Under the pieces are notes generated by a model. It saw nothing but the letters and a program-made list of their open reading frames with translations. It searched no databases and was not told the origin of the DNA. A stretch of DNA of 64,000 bases from Antedon mediterranea (taxonomy: Eukaryota; Animalia; Echinodermata), in NCBI RefSeq assembly GCF_964355755.1, contig NC_092671.1, positions 10,168,001 through 10,232,000 of the forward strand, given 5' to 3'. Numbering within the stretch: the first letter of the stretch is position 1; each line of letters begins with the position of its first letter. Positions 52,006 through 64,000 of this stretch are shown one piece after another. The position numbers were made by a program, and so were the translations under genes.

Positions 52006-55000
52006 ATACTTGAAAATGAATATATTTTTCAAATTTTATTATTACAATTAATTAGAATTTTTTAAATTATTATTATTATTAAAGCTATATATTCTATCCT
52101 ATTATTAGCCGGAGAAAACAATAATGAGGTTGAAGACAACATGTCACTGTCAAAGAGGCAAATATGGCACAGTAAACCAAGTTTTTATTTCGACCTTATT
52201 ATGCTTTTCAGTCAATTCTCTTTTTTTTCTAAAGATTATGTAATCGTTGTTTTTTTAATGACAATCTATTCATAATAGAATCAGCATAATTCAATTATGG
52301 AATCATGTCAAAGATATAATTATTTTGACAACAGAATATGCCTACGCCGCCCTTCTTCATCCGTCGTGTCTACAAAGAAATTAAAACTATTGTTTCATAT
52401 AATAAATAACATAAATGATTAAATTAAACAAAGATAAAAAGTCAAGGATGAAAAATGCAATTAACTAATTCGCACATTGTATTGTTGGTTTGGTTATAAT
52501 AACATTTATTAGAGCCTACTACTACGATTAGGCCTCCTATACTTTTATTTAGGATGTTTTCTTTGACTCGAATTAATCAAATCTACTGTACTAAACACAC
52601 CAGATTCGAAGTGCTGTATCTCCACAAACTATCTATTTCCGAGGTATATCATAGGAAAATTCGGTAATATAGCATCTCATTCATATCACATGTAGTGCCT
52701 TGTAGTATCATGGAAGGTTAGGTTAATACTTAGATACATGTGGAACACATGTGATGTTGTATTACCAAATATTGCTATGATACTATATTGCTATACCTAT
52801 ATTAATACTTTACTGGAATAACCAATCTGAACAGAGTTGGAATTTATGGGTTTATACCCGTGTACCACAATGAAGTAAACTATAAACTGGAGATGGGCTA
52901 ATACTCTAGTGTGTGGGGCTTATATTCGAATTAATACTGAATTGTGAACATAAATTCTCATCAAAAAATGTGCAGGACCAGTTTTTAAAAATCGTCTTTT
53001 ATTGCACCTTTCTAATCTATTTTCTACTATATTTTAGGCCTATTTAGTTTTGGAACTTTTCTAGTCTAACAATGTTCGATTAGTGTATTATACAGTGTGT
53101 TTGCAATGTTCTCAGTCACAGTATTTATAGGTCAAAAGTTTATATCGTGAACAGGCAACCGTCTATTCTTGATATAAAAAGACAAATAATTTCCTTAAGC
53201 TATCGCCAAACTGTAACAACTTTGGTCGTCTTTAAAATCACACCAACCCTATTGTTAATGGGTGCAGGTGTTTTTCTATTGAAGTACCGCCAAAGTCATA
53301 GACTTAACCTACCTTATAAACCCGAGGACGGGACAATGCTGTTTTTATAGTACATTTTATCTATATGCGCAAGGATTAAATCGAACCTTTAAGAGTTTTC
53401 TTTTAAAGCTACTTTCTGTTATGTTATATCTAAAAGCCTTTTTAAGGTTACACTACTGAATATTTCATTCCCTATTTTACTCAACACCTCGACAGTTTAA
53501 ATCCGTTTATAATTCTGTATGAATGATTAGGTTAGCATACTTATGTTACACTCATCCCTATTTCCCCGTATACATCAGAATGGTAATATAATAATTTATG
53601 GCACGTCAAACTGGTAAAATATAACCCTTCATTAACTTAGCCCACTTAACCTTCTACAAATCATCAATTAATGAACAAGTTGAACAAAGTGTACCGTGTT
53701 AATAAATGATATGAGCGAAAAAATGTACTGTGAAATTATGCTGATTTATGAATTATAACATAAGGAGTTAGGTTAGGCCTCTGGGAATGTATTACATTTT
53801 CTATATAACATAAATATACCAAAGTTGGTAAAATTAAACCACTGTTCGTAAGTTAAACAAACACCACATAATTCAAACTTTAAAGTTTGTAAAGTTAATT
53901 TAATATTTCTGGAACTTACTGTAATAAAATGATCATGTTATATTGCATATATTGTCAACATATAGTACTGTATAGCATTTCGTAGGTAAGAGTGGGTACA
54001 GAAATCAGTTTGACCAGTGTCATTTTGACGGGCGCGTCAAATTTTGTCTCCGGACGAATAGCAAAAATGGACATTTATAAGCTGCACCTCATCTTTGGAC
54101 TTTAAGCTGCACCTTCCCCTTCATCTTACCCCCTACCTTGCTATCGAAACTGGGTCAATTATATCGGAACCTAGTCACTATCAAAATGGTGACACTTCTA
54201 ATAATAACGAACATATCCCCGTGTTCCTGTGTTACAATGCAGATGACATGTAAGAATGCTAGCACTTCATAATGCAAAACATAATATCAACGGAAATTAG
54301 CCGGAAACGGCTATTCACACGAATACAGAATATCCAAGGCTACTGGCACGTTTAACTCACAGAAACAAAAAGACATTACACTAACAACTTGACAAGTGAG
54401 AGAATAAAGATTTAAGATTAATTTAAGCTTAAGCAAGCTACTCGACGTTTGGTAATTTAAGCAACATGTTGAGAATGATATCACAAAGGTAGTACTTGCA
54501 ATGTCATCCTTACATAAAGAGTTTTGTTCAATAAAACTTCTGGCAACGTCACACAGATAATGATATTTTTTGATAAGTCATAATGTAGGCTACTGTTCGT
54601 TGAGAGTTTTCTCAGACGGGATTTTCGTTATAACTCTAATAATAACAATGCATGTGTTCTGATTTCCTCACCATGATAAGTACAAAATTTCTTTTATAAA
54701 TGTTTTGTTATACTATTATACCGCACCTTAAAAGTTAGTATTGCGCATCAATGAAATAGTATAGGGACTACAGTAGTAATTGTAACCGTAATATAAGTAT
54801 TCCGTGCAGTTACTAATAATACTGTGAACTTGAAGTATACATTTATGATTTTTGAATAATTAATTTATAATTTCCTATAATCTATTTTAAAATAATTAAG
54901 TTTCCTTTTTGTCTTCTCAAATCCCAAAAGCATTTTTAAAACAGATAACCAGATAAGCATTTTTAATTGTAGTTATTTTCAACTCATTTTTTTCTTTTTT

Positions 55001-58000
55001 TTAAATCGATATACATTTCCAGAAATGTATGTTTTAATTTGGAAATATTGTTATTTCTAAGATTTAGGATTGTGTTTAAAAAAATGAAAAATAGAAAACT
55101 AATTTTGGTTTGTTTCTTTCATAGTTTGTTTCAGTTTTTTTTTATTCGAGATTTAAACCATCGGACGTGTTTTATATTTCAACGTATTTTTTCAAACACA
55201 ACATAACTTCATTGCCGTATGAAACTGAATTGCGAAAACAAGGCTTAAAACTGACTAAAATCTTTAAAGAAATAAGCCTAAATTACACTTTATTAATTAA
55301 TTTTATTAAGACTAACATTCTCATTTTCATTGCACATTGTTTCAGAAACTTACTATTAATGTTATCTTATCTTCCAACTTATCGGATACTTAATAAAGAA
55401 CGAATACATTAATGGTTACCTTGATATATATCCGTAATCTCGGTTTGAGGTCCTTTAACTTGCATGGAATCTGTGGATTGCTTCGGGGTGGTGTGTTCGA
55501 TATTCATTCTGTAAAGTATACATCTTGTTTTTGTATTAACCTGAAGAAATCAAGAACAAATTATTTTCAAAGATTTAAAATAATTCAGATATTTGGAGCC
55601 GATCGCACGAGTATGCCTCCTGAATATCGTAATTAAGTAATCTGACCGCTGAGCCTGGACTCAATTGTAAACAATCACTATTAATTTATTCTAATTCAGT
55701 TACAGTTATTCCTGTAGGCCTGCCAGAAAATACATTAATTTAAACTTTTAGAGCGACTAATTTTGAATTGGAGTGACCAATAAGTTAGCAAATCTTTCAA
55801 ATTTTCTTTTAAAAATAAGATATTATAGAAATGTTCTGTAGAGAAAGTGTAGAGGAGAAAACAAAAGAGGAAAAAAAAAACAACATTTCAGTACATTATT
55901 AAAAATAATATATATTAAACGTCTCTCATCCGTCATTTTAGAAAATTCATACAATTAGTTGTTATATAATTTGTAAAAGGCATTCAGACACGTTTTACAC
56001 TTATTGTTTATATTATTCATATTTCAACAAGAGTTTTAAAAGGAAAACTTACACAAAATTAAATTTAACTGAATTAAAGGTCTATTTTTAAACTAGAAGA
56101 TTTGAAGTATTACCAGACAAGGCATTACCAGATATCCAATCAAAACGCAGCAAAAAATAATGCAAATTATAGGCAAGATTGTTGCGTCTGGTCCCTTATT
56201 TGGATTTACAATAATACACATTGGTTTTACAAAACCGCAATTTTTATGGAAGTAAACATAAATGATGTATAATTTCCCATGATACTTGTATCAAAAATAT
56301 GAACCTGCTAGTTTAACAGGCGATTAATCAATCCCAAAGTGATCAGTAAATTGAATAGGGATAATGTGACATCCTTTGTTACATTCAAGTTGAACGCTTT
56401 TGGCATAAATAACAGGTAATAATTATTAAAATTGTATGATATCTTAAGTACATACATGCAATTATATAAATAGTCGTGTAGCAGTGGGACGTAATCAATC
56501 AGTATGTTCTTAAAAGTAAAATAACGAAAATACAAAACCATTCCATCAAGTACAAACAAACAGTAACTTGTATACAACAAACAGCAGCAGTAATAAAAAA
56601 AAGATGTGAACACTGATAACTGAACCAAAGAATGTGACTTCAGATAGGATTGTTCTTTGAGAATCTTTAGTCAATATATCAAAAATTTCCCATGCTCTTA
56701 ACGTTACCTTTTACTGTTTCATAATTATAACACGTACAAAACTAAATGTATAACAGAATGATAGAGTTTAATGTTCATGAAACCAACACAAAATGTATAT
56801 TCTTAGTATAATGATAGATATAGCCTAACTATAAATATTACTCGCTATTTTGATGCTTAAAATTAAGTCGAAGTCATTGTACCTCATGAGCATATCGCGA
56901 CTACGTGGAAATGCCTCTCTCATCTCTCATGGGGTATCATAATTAACAATAACACTCGGTAGAATTAAATTTTAATTTATTTTCCCACATAACGATCTAA
57001 AATAAGAAGAAAATAGGCCCTACATTATGCTATATTAGGAAGGTGTTGGCTATTATTGAATTAGCAAAACAAGTCAGAACAAAGTGTCCCTGATCGAGTT
57101 AGAATTATGAGAAGAAAAGATCGTACATTATACAGCACTTCCGAATGCGACTCAAAAAGTGTTGACATTTTATTGAGATATCCTTTGACTAACAACTATA
57201 TTTTTGTGTGAAGTTGTTTTAAATACATTTAAAAATTGTAATTATGTAAAATATTATTTTAAACTCATTGGAACAATTAGCCACTTATTGCCATCGTAAG
57301 AGGTAATATGTTCAGTTTCCATGGAAGTTCTAAATTAGTTAGTTTGCCACCTTCTTCACATTATACAGAATACTCGCATGCCAAATTGCCAACCAATTTT
57401 ACCCGCTTGAACAAATCAATAAGCTTTCTTCAAAATTGATTAATATATTATTGTTAATGTAAAAACCGGTTTGTTCCAACTATGATCTTCGATTAAAAAA
57501 TTACAGTTGTAATAAAACGGAAAGTGTTAGTGCTTTAACGCAATGTGTTCAAATGTGGTGATAGGAGTTAATCACTGAACGCGTTTTCCCAACCAGGCAA
57601 CTGGTCTTTTCATTGACTGATGCCTAGTCAAAAACCTTTTGTAATCTCCTACAAAGAAATATGGATTTTAGCACTTTTAGTGGATAGACGACTGAAGTAG
57701 TACATTTAAACGTGTTGCAGGTCTGGTTAAATATTGCAATTTTCCCACGTCTGAGTATATTCCTTTTTGTATGTGGGAATTACTACGGTCGAACAGCCCT
57801 CGCGGAGCAAAGTACAGAAGACCCGACAAGGGTACCAGAGTTCCTTCATCGGTTCGACAAGACTATAACAACGTAAGGCCTGAGTACCATATAACATATA
57901 CTTTGGCTATGGAGGTCCTCAATGCTTTGACCAGATATTACAACGCTTTATATTTCAAATTCAGTCAATTTTAACAAGTTTAAAGTAACTTTATAAATGA

Positions 58001-58286
58001 GCCAGAGGTCATTGTACTGTCATTAAAGGTTCCGATTTCAGATACACGTCCTAAAACTTCTCCTGAAGCAATTATTATATTGTTTGATTGAAGATAAGCG
58101 TTCATTCAAAGTTCGCACCTTTTCGGTTTTTTAACATTATAGGCTATATAGCAAAATTGTATTAGGAGAAAATTATCCACTTATACGAAAATAATTTCCT
58201 CATTTAAATGTAAAGCAGGTAAACGAAATGTTGAAATATACGAAAGCCGTCAAGTATATCCCACACTTTTAAAGCCTTAACTACTA

Positions 58287-58316
58287 CTTATTATTATTAT
58301 TATTATTATTATTATT

Positions 58317-58347
<31 letters not shown>

Positions 58348-58378
58348 GTAGTAGTATTATTATGATTATTATTATTAG
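58287..58378. repeat. (ATT)n microsatellite, imperfect
   Basis: Direct reading. Confidence 0.9.
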
Positions 58379-59377
58379 CAATTCATTTAAAGGTCTAAAT
58401 TAGCAATGCCTGTAAAGACCTAAATGAGCAAATCCATGCCAAATACCACCACTAAGTATTTGGCACCATATCTAACTAATTAGCCCGAGGGATCGTGCGT
58501 TACAGAAAAATATAACCTGCCAATGTTGAATTTTATTCAAACAAACAATATATAATGAAAATAAATAATCAATTAAAAATATTGACAATACTTTTTAAAT
58601 CGTTCGTTATATACGGGATATTGCATAACATACGAGATTATCTCATCTTTCTTATTAAATTATTTCAGTTTTTATGCATGGACGTTTTCTCTCTTTCCGA
58701 AATAAAGTATAACCCTTCCTTTTGGGACACTATTGTTCGTGAAAAGCGGAAATGTATGTTTTAACACAACGGTCAACGCACATTCAGGGGACACTCCATA
58801 TTAAGAGGACACTTTGTTGGCTGGTTTACTATATAAAGACTACATAGGCCTACCGTACTGTATTGCTTCTAAAAAACTGTCAATACGTCAAATTGTGATT
58901 ATCAAGGCCAATACTTCTAATGTAGGTCACACAATCTGGCTTTTGTGTTCATAAAGTTTATCTTAAAATCTCGCAAAGATTTTAATTGATTTTTTTTTCA
59001 AAAATTATGATTACGGTAATTCGAAATCTCTATTTTAGTACAGTTAACATTATATACTTGATTCGGGGATTTCCTTAAAAGAAACCTTCTAACAAAGGAC
59101 CTTTGGATGAATGCATGACATACAAATGATCTTAAAGGTGTTTTTAACTAGCATACATTCGTTATAGTTCGATTCATTTGATAGTCTAAAAATAAACTTT
59201 TATTAGAAGCATTCTTGGAAATGTACAATTGTAATGATTGATACATACCGGTAGCAGATAGCTATATTTCTTTCCTTTGATTCTAAATGCAATTAAAATA
59301 TAGGGCCTACGTTAATACAAAATCCACACAATGTTAATCAATTGCAGTCGTTGTATATACGCCTACTTTAGAAAATA

Positions 59378-59511
59378 CAGTAGAACCTTTTCCATCCCTA
59401 TTCAGTGGTGGGTTGGGGGGGAGGGAGCGGTTGAGGGGGGTTAAGAGGACACTTTCCTGTGAAATGTTTCCTAATCTCAATTTAAAAGGATACTTCGTTT
59501 GTTCTACTGTA
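59378..59511. mobile_element. Tc1/mariner (pogo/Tigger-like) MITE with CAG termini
   Basis: TACAGTAGAAC ... GTTCTACTGTA with internal CCCTATTCAG and TTAAGAGGACAC motifs. Related fragments at ~14634-14805, 16495-17063, 20327-20360, 24152-24250 and 58780-58815. Confidence 0.65.
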
Positions 59512-60138
59512 TTACTTTTTGTAACGGATGCAAATAAGTTTCTAAGTTACCGTAACAATTATTATAATGTTGGTGTCATAATGTGGTAGGCCTATAGTGT
59601 TGCGCCTGTGTTTATTCGTTGGAAGTCCTATCATTAATTATTCTATAAATGGAAAGGTTCCATTATTTTTTTAATAACTTGTGGAGAGTACATAGCGAAC
59701 CCATTGCACCTCTACCTTGACCTACACGTAACACCTGTAGCAATACCACGGGTGCTACGTAAATACTAGATCTCTACAATATTTGATGGTTTAAGTTACC
59801 TTAAACAAATACCTGTGTAACAGGTTGCTTTAACACTATTGTAACACTATAGAATTCCTTTAGATTGCACTTTGTTTATTCTACTGTTTTACGGGACATT
59901 GCATTAATCAGTGAATATGAATCAATCATAATTCCTCAACTTAACTATTATTGTTATACGCTCATGGCGTACGACCAACTGTTACATATCATAACTACAA
60001 TTATTTGTGTTATTGATTTCTAATTGATTGGTGTCAAGTTGCAATATTAAAATGTACAGTATGGACAATTTAATATCAAAGAACGCGCCAGTTTTCAAGT
60101 TATATGTCTATTACCAGGTATAGGTACGTTCATACTAA

Positions 60139-60440
60139 AGCTTGGTCCCACTAGGACGCAACGTAAGCTTGTTGACCAATGACAAGCGACAGTGCGAATA
60201 CTCCATTGCTTGTGATTGGTCAACTTACATAAGCTTGGTTCCCACTAGAACGTAACGCAAGGACGTCAACGCAACGCAAGTGTTTTAACCAATGACAAGC
60301 GAAGTTATAGACAGTTAGCAATCACAAGCGAATAAGCCATGATTGGTCAATTCACTTGCGTTGCGTTACGTCCTTGTGTTGCGTCGCTAGTGGGAACCAC
60401 GCTTTATGTTGCGTTACGTTCTTTGTGTTGCGTCTCTAGC
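60139..60440. mobile_element. MITE family B (TIR AGCTTGGTTCCCACTAG): intact palindromic copy (60232-60403) nested in an older copy
   Basis: Inner copy has long TIRs (AGCTTGGTTCCCACTAG..ACGCAACGCAAGTG / CACTTGCGTTGCGT..CTAGTGGGAACCACGCT). The outer copy starts at 60139 and resumes after 60406. Partial relatives at ~31328-31433 and ~51251-51305. Confidence 0.8.
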
Positions 60441-60462
60441 ATTAGACACGGAGAAAACTATG

Positions 60463-60561
60463 GGCTACGTTACGTTTTTCGTTCACACGCATACGTGTTG
60501 TAATGAACCAGTGTGATTTTGGGTCATCTGACCGGAATCCAAGTTCAGTGTGAACGTAGCC
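60463..60561. mobile_element. Small TIR element with GGC...GCC termini
   Basis: GGCTACGTT..(cgttcacac) ... GTGTGAACGTAGCC|TA; the left TIR is interrupted. Confidence 0.5.
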
Positions 60562-63500
60562 TACGACCAAATTCACACAATTTATCACAACCATTTAAGG
60601 TACTGCAGTAATTAATCTAATTACTGTAATATACAGTGATAGTTGTTATATATGATGCATACGTAGCTTGCAAAAGTTACAAATAAGGGGCTTAAACACG
60701 CGACAAACTCCTTAAAAAGAAACAAATTAATTATGTATATCTATGTATCTAATCGCATGTGAACGCCCGGTAAACTTTATAGCACACGTTAACATACAGT
60801 TTATTTACTTTAATTCGAGCTCGGATGAACGAAAGTCAATGGCATTGACGCAAATGTAGCAGAAGAAATGTATTCAATTTAGCATTATTATAATCGGACG
60901 GTGACTATTACAACTCGGTCACAGCGAAGTGCAGTTAACTCTAATATTTTTCTAGTCAATTGAAGGAATAATGATAAAAGGTGTTAAGCGTACTTTGAAC
61001 AATGCTTATTTAATGGACTGTAAATGACCAGGTAAGGTGACATCGTCGGCATACCTTTGATTTATCCAGGCATCATGTCTCACATCAGATTTTGGCGGTG
61101 TTTGCCTTCCATAAGAGTCAAAGTTAATATTCCACGATTTAATTTGTCAACAGTCACAAGCTTGATGGGTACTCGGAATTCATCATCTTAGCTAAATGTC
61201 AAACCATCTGCACAACATACCAAACTAACTAGTAACGTAAGTAGGCCCAAATTGCCAAATATATCATAAAAGCGGTAAAATATTTTGCTCATTCAAACTC
61301 TGTTCCAATAAAAATAGTTAATTTAGGCAATTTTATAACTAAATCGCAAAGCCAAACTTATGAGGTTTCCTTTGTGAAGAAGACCATAAGTAGGCCTAGG
61401 CCTAATAGCAAACACACTTACGGTGAGATCAATTTTCACCACAAGAAACCAAGATAGATCCACTCCATTCTCAGAGTAATTTAAAAACCTCTCGATTTCA
61501 ATTGGTGCCACGGAATCAAACTGCCTTCTAATGGTTACCAAAGTTATTTAACGATACATTGAATTATCACACAGGATATCAAATGAAACATTAATTTATG
61601 TTGACATTTGGCACCATGCATTTCATATCAGTGGATACTTACACCCATAGCATTGTTCATGCATCCGTCGCTATTGTATTCCAGTCTCCCCTGCCCCATT
61701 TATGAGGGGGTTCAGAGATCAGGAACACTCAACACACGGTTATTCATTCTCTTTTGATAATCAAGCAATCGCTTAAGGCAATACGGATACTACGGTTACG
61801 TTTTTTTCAACAATGAAGTAATATAGGAAAAAAAACAAAGACATTACTGTGAGAATTAAGACAAAAGGCCAGTGTATGACAATCTAACTTGCTTAGTTTA
61901 TCTTGGTCATAATATCAATATTCTCATCATTTAAAGAATGGAATAATTGAATTAATGATTTTTATCGTTCACAAAAATACAAAAGAGCACTCGGTAGGTC
62001 CTAGATCCCGCTAATCGTGTGTGAACTCGAATAAACCCGGTTCTCGCTCAAGATATCGATCTGGGAAATTATCAGTTTTAATAATCTGGTGGTTTCGATT
62101 AAATTTGTATGCTTTCTCTTGTCGTTCATTCACAAAATACCGCTCTCTTTTGAAAACTGAAAAGGTAAATCCACCACATAGTGTGGTTACCACGTGGTCA
62201 CACTTTTGATGGCATATTATTTATTATCATCATGCTAATATTTTATAGTTTTCGTTTTGGTTTGAATTTTTTCTGAATGTGTTTGGTTATGTTCAGGGTT
62301 AGTCTTTCAGCCCTGTGAATGATGACGTATCTCACTGTAGGTTGATGATGAAATAAAATAAAACAATAAATAAAATAGGGTATTTGATTACAGGTTTCAC
62401 ATGTGATGTTGTATCATGGCAATGATGGCCTATGATCTATAAGCAAATTTAGGTACGCAGTATTATACCCATCTTCTTTTAGTGAAACACCACAATAATA
62501 TACTGTGCCATCTCTTGGTCAGTGATAAACTTCAGGATTGACCGAATTGCTACGCTATAGTTACAAATTCTTAGACCATTCTTTCTAAAACCGTGTGCTT
62601 AAATCTTTAAGTTTGATCAATCAAATCGGCTGCGGATGATTTTTTTTATAATCCGATATTTATAATACTGTCACGAATATCTATCAATGGTTTCCGGTTA
62701 GCAATTTGTCAAATACTGATATCGCAAATTATACACATGCATGTCGAGCGTAGGTTGGTGGAGGAAAATCATGTTTATATTTTTTTTAAATGAAGACTCA
62801 ACGTGAACGCTCTCAACTTTACCATCGACACGTGGGAACTATTCCTGCATGGGACGCGATTTTTAGACACCTTATAGCGGGCAGTAAATGTGATTTTTAG
62901 TACTCAATACTCGACAAATTTGGCATTGAATGAACTAAACGCCGTTACTTATCAGGTTCAATACACTCTTCTATTGTTTTTTCTAAATGATCGACTGATG
63001 TAATTTTAATTTGCATTGTTTCAAGAAACTGTTGCTATTTTAAATCTTTAGAGTGCTTAATTAGCGCAAACGGTTAAATAGTTTAAAAGTCGGTTCTATT
63101 TATTTGAGAAAGACTTTTCGTTTCAGATCCAGGCCAGTGAACAATAACATTTAGTTCGCCCCACTTGTTGCATTTGTACGGCAGTCGTTACCCAGGTGCC
63201 TGCGCGCTCAGGCATATGGATTCTCACGAACATTATGTGACCACTACGCGATGCAAGACCAAGACCAGAGATTCAGCGCCACCCTCTAAAAAGGTACTGA
63301 GAGCTTAGCTGTCGCCTCGCTAAAATTATGCCTGAAGACAAGCTGCCTAGAATAGGAGCTATAGTACTTGAATAACGGATGACTTGGCAGGCTCAACAGA
63401 ACGCTAAAGTCAGCCCTAGGTAATAAAGTTAATGCAACCAGGGTTCCTTTATGCAGGTGTTTCGATGCTCTTCAAAAGAAAACAACGGTAAAGTATGGGA

Positions 63501-63947
63501 ATAAGGCCCCATTACTTAAACGTGTTAGAAATTTTTGCCTAAAAGACCGTAACGAGGCATTCAAACACGTGTCAATGGAATAAACGACGTAACTATATTT
63601 ATTAACACCCAATTTCACTGCAATTTATATATTAATTACGTGTATTTAAAATGTGAACTATTACGGGTGAATTGGGGATTGTGTTCGAATTTTAATCCCT
63701 GTTATGCATACAACAGAATTGGCAAGTGCACGAGTTCCAAGACAGGCGGCACTCACGACAATTTACAGGCACGTTTCCAGAACATTAAAAGCAGTATAGT
63801 CTTGAAACCAAAGGGAATATTACCAATGCATATGTGTTGATAAATAATGCGTCTACACTTTATACTTTACTGCATACAGTACTATAGTGCCATTCGAGAA
63901 CAAGCCTCAAAGCCATCCAGACATGCGAATACTGTTCACACTGGCGT

Positions 63948-63996
63948 CCATCGACATTTAAGTGAATCCATCGACATTTAAGTGAATCCCTCGACG
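63948..63996. repeat. 20-bp tandem repeat at window end
   Basis: CCATCGACATTTAAGTGAAT x2 plus a partial copy. Confidence 0.8.
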
Positions 63997-64000
63997 ACGG

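Noticed and set aside
57771-57974. GC-richer ORF island
   Set aside because: No recognisable domain in the frames I read and no convincing acceptor; possibly a TE remnant.
43000-64000. Mox/Meox homeobox expected from synteny
   Set aside because: No WFQNRR-type homeobox exon was found by eye or in the ORF track.

Overview
AT-rich, intron-containing animal genomic DNA, probably an invertebrate deuterostome such as an echinoderm (inference only). I assembled five spliced genes by hand from GT-AG sites and reading-frame phase. (1) 187-5208 (-): a signal-peptide FN3-FN3-CUB-Ig-Ig-FN3 protein built from DCC/neogenin-like domains in a shuffled order; it runs off the left edge. (2) 6382-9731 (-): an orphan secreted acidic protein with micro-exons and dibasic/GKR sites, resembling a prohormone or granin. 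(3) 10491-12250 (+): DAZAP2. (4) 15827-21743 (-): ISPD/CRPPA. (5) 35307-42697 (+): a sclerostin/SOSTDC1-family gene, next to ISPD as in human. The rest is non-coding: a 31-bp satellite split by a TTAA-targeting element, Harbinger- and Tc1/mariner-type MITEs, a 738-bp foldback element, a Deu/Nin-domain SINE and LINE 3' remnants. Most notable are (a) a dense family of TA-N3/4-TA words (TAGGCCTA, TACCGGTA, TACAGTA and relatives) that behave like transposon excision footprints, (b) a multi-branch structured RNA candidate divergent from the ISPD start, (c) the permuted DCC-like receptor and (d) the orphan prohormone-like gene. Most short ORFs in the supplied track are spurious. Exon boundaries and family assignments are by eye and from memory; no searches were run.
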